From positions 1 to 15,210 of the forward strand of contig CAZFGR010000033.1 in assembly GCA_964518475.1 (NCBI GenBank): 15,210 bases of DNA, read 5' to 3'. Shown here one piece after another: positions 8,484 through 15,210 of this stretch (position 1 is the first letter of the stretch; each line of letters opens with the position of its first letter). The position numbers and the translations under genes are program-made. The notes beneath the pieces were generated by a model that was not told the origin of the DNA, made no database searches, and was given only the letters and a program-made list of their open reading frames with translations. Source of the stretch: an uncultured Nitrososphaerota archaeon (GTDB lineage Archaea > Asgardarchaeota > Njordarchaeia > Njordarchaeales > Njordarchaeaceae).

Positions 8484-9443
8484 ATGCTTACCATTATTGA
8501 TGCCTATAGGGCTAAAAAAAGATTATCTAGTTTTGTTAGAGAAACACCTATGTATTATTCTCACGTACTTTCTCGAAGATACGAGACCAAGGTATTTCTT
8601 AAATTAGAGAATTATCAAGTTACTGGATCCTTTAAAGTGCGTGGAGTCTTTAATAAGCTTCTTAAGCACAAAGATGAAGCAAGAGATAAAAAGATTCTAA
8701 CGGTTTCTACGGGTAATCATGCAATAGCCGTAGCCTATGCCTCAACAATTCTAAATGTGGATTCCCTCATAGTTGTTCCCAGAAATATCACTGATCTAAA
8801 AAGAAGACGCATAGAAGCTATTGGTGGGAAAATAATTTTCCGCGGAAATAACTATGACAAAGCAGAAAAATATGCTAGAGAACTAGCTACGAGAGAAGGC
8901 TATCTTTTCCTATCACCTTACAACGATATAGATATAATAGAAGCAACAACCACTATTGGGCTAGAAATCCTGCTCCATAATCCAGAAATAGACACAATTA
9001 TGGTACCAGTCGGCGGAGGAGGGCTAATATCTGGTATAGCATTTCTCGCGAAGAGCATTAATAGGGATATAAGAGTTTATGGAGTCCAGTCAGAGGCTTC
9101 CCCAGCTGTATATGAGAGCTTAAGAAAAGGAAAAATCGTAGAAGTACCTCTGAAACCTTCGATAGCTGAGGGTTTACATGGTAATCTGGAAAAAGGATCT
9201 ATAACATTCGATTTTATCCGGAAATATGTTGATGATGTTCTCTTAGTAAGTGAGGAAGAGATCAAAATAGCTATAAAAGAGCTTTATGAAACTGAGGGAA
9301 TTATAGCCGAAGGAGCTGCCGCTGTGACCTTAGCAGCACTTAAGAGATATCAGGAACTATTCAGAGGACGCAAAGTATGCTTAGTAATAAGCGGAGGCAA
9401 CATTGATCCAGAGCATTTCTTAGAGGCCATAAGGCATGAGTAA
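8484..9443 (+). CDS. Fold-type II PLP enzyme, threonine/serine dehydratase (ammonia-lyase/racemase) family, no ACT domain
   Basis: KLENYQVTGSFKVRG (PLP lysine), STGNHA, VPVGGGGLISG and ISGGN. ATG 8484 is preferred over TTG 8469. Confidence 0.88.
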   Translation: MLTIIDAYRAKKRLSSFVRETPMYYSHVLSRRYETKVFLKLENYQVTGSFKVRGVFNKLLKHKDEARDKKILTVSTGNHAIAVAYASTILNVDSLIVVPRNITDLKRRRIEAIGGKIIFRGNNYDKAEKYARELATREGYLFLSPYNDIDIIEATTTIGLEILLHNPEIDTIMVPVGGGGLISGIAFLAKSINRDIRVYGVQSEASPAVYESLRKGKIVEVPLKPSIAEGLHGNLEKGSITFDFIRKYVDDVLLVSEEEIKIAIKELYETEGIIAEGAAAVTLAALKRYQELFRGRKVCLVISGGNIDPEHFLEAIRHE

Positions 9444-9461
9444 TGGTACTAGGAGGGATCA

Positions 9462-10328
9462 CTGATTCGTAGTGAGCGTTTTAAAAGCTTTATTAGTGGA
9501 TTTCTAGGTGGATTATTCTTCGGCACAGCAGCTATTTTTATCCGTTTGATAATGCTTAACGCTGTAAGCATCGTTGTTTGGAGGCTTATTTTGGGAGGTT
9601 CTCTTCTCTTTCTTATTTTGAGGCCGTCGAAGACGGAGTACAAAACCTATCTAAAACTAGGGGGTTACTTGGGTGTAGTTCTGCTTCTGCACTTCATATT
9701 TTTCGTAAAATCTGTTCAGGATACATTTGTGATGAATGCTACTGTAATCGTTAACTCGGCTCCAATAATAACCCTGGTGGCTTCCTGGTTATTTAGGACG
9801 GAGAAAATAGATTGGGTCGATTTTTTAATCGTATATACTGGATTCTTAGGCATTCTCATTATGGCATGGGGAAGCATAAGGATAAGCGGTAATATTATCG
9901 GGGATCTAGAAGCTTTTTTAGCCGCATTAATGATCTCTATCTACGCTCTAAGTGCGAGAAAACTTGTTAGGAGGGGATACGATCCCTATAGACTAGCTGG
10001 GCCAATATATCTCTTAGCAGGACTACTCGGCCTAATCATAACGGTTCCTGTGGGAGTATTTCAGCTACCTCAGTCCTGGAATGACTCTCTATTCATAATT
10101 CTCCTAGCTTTGATCCCCACAGCTGGGGGACACACACTCTTCTTACGGGCTTTGAAAGGTCTAGCCCCACACGAGGCTCAGATCCTTGCTTTACTAGAAC
10201 CAGTAGTAGCCTCGATTCTAGCTCTAATAATACTTCAAGAAACCCCGCCTTTAACATCAGTAATCGGGAGTATATTGGTGATTATTAGCATTCTCCTCTT
10301 AAGCATTCGTTCAATGAAAGCCAAATAG
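9462..10328 (+). CDS. EamA/DMT-family transporter (start uncertain: CTG 9462 or frameshift)
   Basis: About 10 TM pattern with EamA motifs (NSAPIITLVASWLFRTEK, GDLEAFLAA, LLEPVVASILALIILQE). The frame is open upstream of the track's start back to 9453 and encodes TM1 FISGFLGGLFFGTAAIFIRL. Confidence 0.85.
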   Translation: MIRSERFKSFISGFLGGLFFGTAAIFIRLIMLNAVSIVVWRLILGGSLLFLILRPSKTEYKTYLKLGGYLGVVLLLHFIFFVKSVQDTFVMNATVIVNSAPIITLVASWLFRTEKIDWVDFLIVYTGFLGILIMAWGSIRISGNIIGDLEAFLAALMISIYALSARKLVRRGYDPYRLAGPIYLLAGLLGLIITVPVGVFQLPQSWNDSLFIILLALIPTAGGHTLFLRALKGLAPHEAQILALLEPVVASILALIILQETPPLTSVIGSILVIISILLLSIRSMKAK

Positions 10329-10379
10329 TAATTGATAATTCATAATTTAGTGAGTAGTTATTTTCTCTCTATACTAATT

Positions 10380-10862
10380 CTAGTCGAGAATTATTGTGCC
10401 CCTTTCATCCTTTACCACATTCAGTATCAATTTTGTATGTGTTCTATCAACATAATTCATTCTCTGTAACATTTTAACGAAGTTATCGAGTTCTTTTCTG
10501 CTCTTAAACACAGCATAAACAGATACATCGTATTCTCCTGTTATATCGTATACTGCCAGCACGTTTGGATGTTTGGCTATTTCTTTCTCTACCTCGAATA
10601 ATTTTCCCTTAGATACCTTAACATCTATTATAACTGGGAAAACATATCCCAGCTTTTCCAGGTCGATCTCTACTGTGTACTTCTTTATTATTCCTAAACT
10701 CTCGAGTCTCCTAAGACGAGACGCAACGGTGGAGAGTGATAAACCAGTCCTCTTAGCTATCTGCCTTAACGAGACTCGAGAATCATTCAGTAATACACTA
10801 AGGATTTTCCTATCCTTCTCATCTAAGCGAGAAACTTCTCCAATACCAGACAATTGTTTCAC
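10380..10862 (-). CDS. Lrp/AsnC-family transcriptional regulator
   Basis: LDEKDRKILSVLLNDSRVSLRQIAKRTGLSLSTVASRLRRLESLGIIKKY helix-turn-helix, plus a RAM domain with YDITGEYD. Confidence 0.95.
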   Translation of the reverse strand: MKQLSGIGEVSRLDEKDRKILSVLLNDSRVSLRQIAKRTGLSLSTVASRLRRLESLGIIKKYTVEIDLEKLGYVFPVIIDVKVSKGKLFEVEKEIAKHPNVLAVYDITGEYDVSVYAVFKSRKELDNFVKMLQRMNYVDRTHTKLILNVVKDERGTIILD

Positions 10863-10913
10863 ACCTTTTTATAGCGTATTACAGATTACCGAACACTTGT
10901 ATATAATAATGCC

Positions 10914-10974
10914 CATTTTTCATATCAAATGAATTAAGATTTCAAAGAAATTCATATATTTGATATGAAATATG
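10914..10974. promoter_or_regulatory. Long inverted repeat in the lrp/glnA divergent intergenic region
   Basis: TTTCATATCAAAT (10918-10930) and ATTTGATATGAAA (10958-10970) are perfect 13-bp arms, with an inner GAATT/AATTC pair. TATA-like CTTATAAAA at 10982-10990. Confidence 0.65.
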
Positions 10975-11008
10975 TAGAATTCTTATAAAAGTGTTTCGAG
11001 GAATCAGC

Positions 11009-12373
11009 ATGTTACGAGCTCAGGAAGTCGCGAAGGATTTTCCCGACGTATTCAGATATGACGTATGGATTACTGATCTGACGGGTCATTTAAGGATATT
11101 TAGCATTAAAAGACTCGAACCTTATCACTTGGAGGAAGGAATTGGCTTCGATGGTTCTTCGGTTCCTTATTTCGGTGAAGTGAATAGCTCCGATTTCATA
11201 GCTAAACCAGATATCAGCACATTGAGAGTTTATCCATGGCTAATTGATGGGAAAAAAGTGGCATTTGCCATAGCAGATATCTATGAAGGTTTCACGCTTA
11301 GACGTTCACCTAGAGATCCAAGATTTGTTGCTCAGCGATTAGAGGATGATTTAAAGAGAAGAGGCTTGAAAGCGTTAGTCTCGGCGGAAGTAGAGTTCTT
11401 CCTATACGAGAAGGATTCTAAGGATTTTAACAGTTTTCTTCCCATAGAGCGAAAGAGCGGATTAATCTACGCTAAGAATGGATACTTTCAATCTCCCCCT
11501 ATAGACCAATTATACGAATACAGAACCAAGCTTATGGAGACCTTAGAAAAACTAGGACTAGAGCCGCATAAAGATCATCATGAGGTCGCGGGCGGACAAA
11601 TGGAGATAAATATTAAGGCGGACTCGCCGGTGAGAATGAGTGATAAGATTCAGATTCTAAAATTTGCGGCTAGAAAAGTTGCTGATCAAATAAAGCTCTT
11701 AGCCACCTTCATGCCTAAGCCTGTATCAGATGATAATGGGAGCGGGATGCATATTCATTTGAGCCTTTGGAGAGGTGATAAGAATCTTTTTTATGATGAA
11801 GGTGATGAATACGCAGAACTTAGTGATATAGCTAGGTACTTCATCGGAGGAATTCTTGAGCATGCAGAGGCGTTAGCTGCGATAATAGCCCCTACAGTAA
11901 ACTCTTATAAGAGACTGGTCCCTGACTATGAAGCTCCTGTATATATTTGCTGGGGAAGAAAGAATCGCTCAGCAATGATCCGTATCCCCCTTTATTATAG
12001 GCGAGGATCTAGACAAAACGCTCATAGGGCAAGAATAGAAATAAGAGCACCTGATCCAATGGCTAATCCGTATCTGGCAATTCCTGCATTAATCTATTGC
12101 GGACTAGACGGTATTGATCGTAAAATATCTCCGGGGGATCCTATTGATGAGAATGTTTATCACTTACCCAGAGAAGCAAGGATTGAGTTAGGGATTAGGG
12201 AATTGCCAAGAGATTTAAGAGAAGCCCTAGAATACCTAGAATCCGACACTTTTCTACGAAAGGTTCTTGGGAGCGAGTTAATTGACGCGTATCTGGAATA
12301 CAAAAAAGAGGAGTGGAGAGCATTCATGAAGACAATAACTCCATGGGAATACGAGAGATATTTCTTCGCATAA
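11009..12373 (+). CDS. glnA: Glutamine synthetase type I
   Basis: FDGSS, AEVEFF, GYF, HHEVAGGQMEI, ATFMPKP, NGSGMHIH, NSYKRLVPDYEAP, NRSAMIRIP and RIEIRAPDPMANPYL. ATG 11009 follows SD GAGGA 10998-11002. Confidence 0.95.
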   Translation: MLRAQEVAKDFPDVFRYDVWITDLTGHLRIFSIKRLEPYHLEEGIGFDGSSVPYFGEVNSSDFIAKPDISTLRVYPWLIDGKKVAFAIADIYEGFTLRRSPRDPRFVAQRLEDDLKRRGLKALVSAEVEFFLYEKDSKDFNSFLPIERKSGLIYAKNGYFQSPPIDQLYEYRTKLMETLEKLGLEPHKDHHEVAGGQMEINIKADSPVRMSDKIQILKFAARKVADQIKLLATFMPKPVSDDNGSGMHIHLSLWRGDKNLFYDEGDEYAELSDIARYFIGGILEHAEALAAIIAPTVNSYKRLVPDYEAPVYICWGRKNRSAMIRIPLYYRRGSRQNAHRARIEIRAPDPMANPYLAIPALIYCGLDGIDRKISPGDPIDENVYHLPREARIELGIRELPRDLREALEYLESDTFLRKVLGSELIDAYLEYKKEEWRAFMKTITPWEYERYFFA

Positions 12374-12442
12374 ATAATTTTCCATAACCTTTCTCTTTGC
12401 CTCCTATCATCCCAGCTCTAAGATCTTATTATCTCCGCATAT

Positions 12443-13537
12443 TCATGTTAAGAGACTTGTTTTTAATCCAGAACCTGTTAGAATTATAATACTGTTCCCT
12501 GTTTTATCCCTATACTTCTTGTAACCTGCATATGCTACAGCGGAACTAGGTTCTACATATATTCCTCTCCTAGCTAGCTCCTTATAGGCGCTTAATATTT
12601 CCGAATCGTTGACAATAACAGCGTCTCCTCCTATCTCTCTCATCCGCTTAACCATGAGTTTTAGCAGGGGTGGATTTGTGCTAACTAAGGCATCTGCTAT
12701 ACTTTCTACCTTTTCTGGCGGCTCATATCTTAGTCCTTTCAGAGCATGGTAAAGAGGAGAAACTTGTTCCGTCTGACAAGCCACTATTAGGGGTATATCC
12801 TCTATAATCCCCGACTCTTTAAGGTGTATAAACCCCTCCACAACACCAAGTAACAATGTACCCGCCGAAACCGGCAGAAATATCGTTCCCAAAACCTTCC
12901 TACCCATTTGCTCATAGAGTTCGTAGGCAAGTGTTCGAATACCATCCCTAAAAACTGGATGATAAACATGACCGACATAGACCTTATTTCTTTCTGGCTT
13001 CATAGCTTCTTCAGTCACCCGAAGACGTGGACCCGAAACCTTGATAATCTCAGCTCCATAAGCCCTTATTTGCTCGAACTTCCTACCAGAAACATTCTCG
13101 GGCACATAAATCCTAGCTCTTATACCAGCGAATGCGGCGTAAGCTGCTACAGAAGCTCCCGCATTACCAGATGAATCCTCTGCAATAAAGTCCTCGGACC
13201 CTATCCTAGCTTTAACTGCTGAAATCAAGGCTGAGGATCCTCGATCTTTAAAAGATCCCGTAGGGTTCATGTATTCTAACTTAAGATAAGTGTTCGCTCC
13301 AAAACGTATCAGTGGCGTAAGCCCTTCTCCCAAACTTATAATAGAGTCCTCCTCTATATACGGATAAAAAGTCTGGTATCTCCACATAGAATAATCATTC
13401 CTAACGATACGATCCTCCGAAAACTCCACATTTATCTTTACCTGCAGAACTCCTCCACAACGCTGACATTTATAGAACAAGAAATTATCAGTTCTCCAGC
13501 CACAATTAACACAAAATGCTTCATAACCTATACTCAA
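12443..13537 (-). CDS. Threonine-synthase-like fold-type II PLP enzyme with an N-terminal Zn ribbon
   Basis: CVNCG..CQRCGG, SMWRY, SLGEGLTPL, KLEYMNPTGSFKDRG, EDSSGNAG, VEPSSA and LTGSGLK. TTG 13537 follows SD AGGGTG (complement 13544-13549). Confidence 0.85.
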   Translation of the reverse strand: MSIGYEAFCVNCGWRTDNFLFYKCQRCGGVLQVKINVEFSEDRIVRNDYSMWRYQTFYPYIEEDSIISLGEGLTPLIRFGANTYLKLEYMNPTGSFKDRGSSALISAVKARIGSEDFIAEDSSGNAGASVAAYAAFAGIRARIYVPENVSGRKFEQIRAYGAEIIKVSGPRLRVTEEAMKPERNKVYVGHVYHPVFRDGIRTLAYELYEQMGRKVLGTIFLPVSAGTLLLGVVEGFIHLKESGIIEDIPLIVACQTEQVSPLYHALKGLRYEPPEKVESIADALVSTNPPLLKLMVKRMREIGGDAVIVNDSEILSAYKELARRGIYVEPSSAVAYAGYKKYRDKTGNSIIILTGSGLKTSLLT

Positions 13538-13732
13538 GGCTCGCACCCTTTCAACTAAAGTAAAGAAATCCCCTAATAACTTAAAAACCAAGACAATTGT
13601 CAAATGCCAAATATTTATAGAGCATTAGAAAGATTAAATATGGGCTTTATTTAAGAAAAAACTAAAGCTAATAAAACAACTCTATTGAATAGTAAATTTT
13701 AAAAAAGCATTTACGATTTATAATAATGAAGA

Positions 13733-13769
13733 TATTTCAGGAAAATCTCTTAAACTTTTTCCAGAAATA
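13733..13769 (+). promoter_or_regulatory. Inverted repeat bracketing a putative BRE/TATA upstream of the secreted protein gene
   Basis: TATTTCAGGAAAA (13733-13745), N11, TTTTCCAGAAATA (13757-13769) are 12/13 complementary. The spacer contains CTTAAA. SD GGTGA at 13776-13780. Confidence 0.55.
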
Positions 13770-13786
13770 AAAATTGGTGATTTTTG

Positions 13787-15205
13787 ATGAAAAATGTGAT
13801 CATCGCCGTAATTATCATTGCGGCGATGATCACATTTTTCCTCTCCCCTGCTATTCTATACGACAGGGCTGATATTGTTATCGTCGTTACTGGTGAGGAT
13901 GGTAAAGTCTTGAGTGGGGCTAGGATTCTAGTAACTATTCCTCAACCTCCTGGGGAGGCGAGGCCGATTATAGTGGTTAATGAGACGACGGATACCGGCA
14001 CTTTGAGGGTGAGGATTGATAAGGCCAAGCTGTTTAAGTCTTGGAGGGAGTATGTTTCTAGGCGTGGATTGGCTCGTGGTTTTAGAATCGCAATCATGAT
14101 TGATGCTGTCTGGGTGAACGAGACCAAGATTGTAGCGAGTCTAGGAAACACCATCTTGGTGGATCCCCTGTCTAGGGAATACGTGTATAGGAGAGTCGTA
14201 CTCAAACCAACATGGGTTCACGATAGGAGTACGCCCAGCGAGTACTTAAGGGCATCCGCTGAGATCAGTACTAACTCGTTCTTGGAGGCCCCGGTTCCGG
14301 TCTTGACGGATTATGAGGAATGGACCAACGTAATGTTTCCCCTCTTATCCATTCTGCTTGACGATAACTCGCTGGAGAAGGACACTACGATTGATGAAGA
14401 CACCCTAGTCGCTGGTGCATCAGTATATTTTATTGTTGGTTCATCGTCTGGTTGGGAGTTAGCGTATAGTGTCACGACGGGCGTGGAGACCGAGTACCAC
14501 ATAGGCGGATTGACCGTGCAGAGAAGTTTCAGCGATGTTGATTCTAAGATTATTTGGACGAACGATTTTTATGATGTGAATTCTGGCCTGTACTATGCCG
14601 AGACCTTCTACGTTAATGTTACTATTGCCTATGAGAAATGGAGTTATTTCGACTATTGGACTGGAAGGCATCTGTACGATGTTGAGAAGGTCTATGTGAA
14701 GGATTTTGAGACAAACGAGATATTATGGAGAGACAACTATTTCGTCGAGCCGGAGGGATTCGACGGGACACTGTATAAGACGTATATAGGGACTGGTGAA
14801 TACAACAATCCTGGAGATATAGAAACCTCGCCTAATAAATTTACTGCTAAAGACGTCGCTAGCTTTATCTTCGGTATTTCTGTTGATGATGCGTCTGTAG
14901 GCGTGCCTATCAATCTCATCTTGGGTTTCCTCGGCTTTAAAGTCCCCTTTGATCCCTCGTTTATTCTCACTTATCGGACGGTTGGTGTCGAGGTTTACGG
15001 CTTCAAGGTATATCTTGATGGGGCGAAGGGTACGACGATTAATGTCTATGTCTACTCCACTGGTACTCGGTGGTACTTTGATAGGTATGGGAAGAGTTTC
15101 TATGTGCCTTTGACCAGTATCTTCATTGACGAGCTGGGATACGGAGGGAATGGTGGAGATACCGGAGGTGGAGGCGGAGGTGACCTGATAACACCAGGAT
15201 TCTAA
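13787..15205 (+). CDS. Putative secreted/surface hypothetical protein (472 aa) with a Gly-rich C-terminus
   Basis: MKNVIIAVIIIAAMITFFLSPA looks like a signal peptide or anchor. The body is beta-rich and Tyr/Thr/Asp-rich, ending GYGGNGGDTGGGGGGDLITPGF*. Confidence 0.85.
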   Translation: MKNVIIAVIIIAAMITFFLSPAILYDRADIVIVVTGEDGKVLSGARILVTIPQPPGEARPIIVVNETTDTGTLRVRIDKAKLFKSWREYVSRRGLARGFRIAIMIDAVWVNETKIVASLGNTILVDPLSREYVYRRVVLKPTWVHDRSTPSEYLRASAEISTNSFLEAPVPVLTDYEEWTNVMFPLLSILLDDNSLEKDTTIDEDTLVAGASVYFIVGSSSGWELAYSVTTGVETEYHIGGLTVQRSFSDVDSKIIWTNDFYDVNSGLYYAETFYVNVTIAYEKWSYFDYWTGRHLYDVEKVYVKDFETNEILWRDNYFVEPEGFDGTLYKTYIGTGEYNNPGDIETSPNKFTAKDVASFIFGISVDDASVGVPINLILGFLGFKVPFDPSFILTYRTVGVEVYGFKVYLDGAKGTTINVYVYSTGTRWYFDRYGKSFYVPLTSIFIDELGYGGNGGDTGGGGGGDLITPGF

Positions 15206-15210
15206 AAGTA

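Noticed and set aside
6664-10932. Short ORFs 6664..6867, 7822..8079, 9077..9265, 9449..9643 and 10573..10932
   Set aside because: All overlap confident genes on the opposite strand and have no recognisable features.
11009-12373. GlnA as a GS-like gamma-glutamyl-amine ligase (PuuA type)
   Set aside because: It retains the FDGSS Asp, the GYF Tyr and the YEAP Glu flap typical of true ammonium-using GS.
13735-13767. TTCnnGAA similarity to eukaryotic heat-shock elements
   Set aside because: The motif is short, the units are not contiguous, and there is no evidence for an HSF-type factor.
12908-14970. ORFs 12908..13174, 13942..14205, 14311..14502, 14459..14671 and 14737..14970
   Set aside because: Antisense shadows of the thrC-like and secreted protein genes.
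1-15210. CRISPR array, tRNA/rRNA, IS element, Sec/Pyl read-through
   Set aside because: No regularly spaced direct repeats, cloverleaf or transposase ORF was seen by eye. The vapC interruption is a frameshift at TAA, not an in-frame TGA/TAG.

Overview
AT-rich archaeal chromosomal window with archaeal-type gene families, GGAGG/GGTGA Shine-Dalgarno (SD) sites and TATA-like boxes. There is a weak hint of an Asgard-type lineage from the first ORF's C-terminal tail. Order: 3' end of a C-terminally anchored surface protein; PAP2-like membrane protein; MJ0936/YfcE-type metallophosphoesterase; small CPPC-containing hypothetical; a divergent pair of heavy-metal P1B-ATPases (Zn/Cd-type and His-rich CopB-type); class I SAM methyltransferase; VapB antitoxin plus a frameshifted VapC toxin; an amino-acid/nitrogen cluster (atypical Thr/Ser dehydratase, EamA transporter lacking a canonical in-frame start, Lrp/AsnC regulator, glutamine synthetase, threonine-synthase-like PLP enzyme); and a 472-aa putatively secreted orphan protein ending in a Gly-rich tail and PGF. 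No rRNA, tRNA, CRISPR array or transposase was seen. Best leads: the PLP/GS/EamA/Lrp cluster with a long inverted repeat in its control region, the metal-resistance module with a possible stand-alone metal-binding protein, and the orphan secreted protein.
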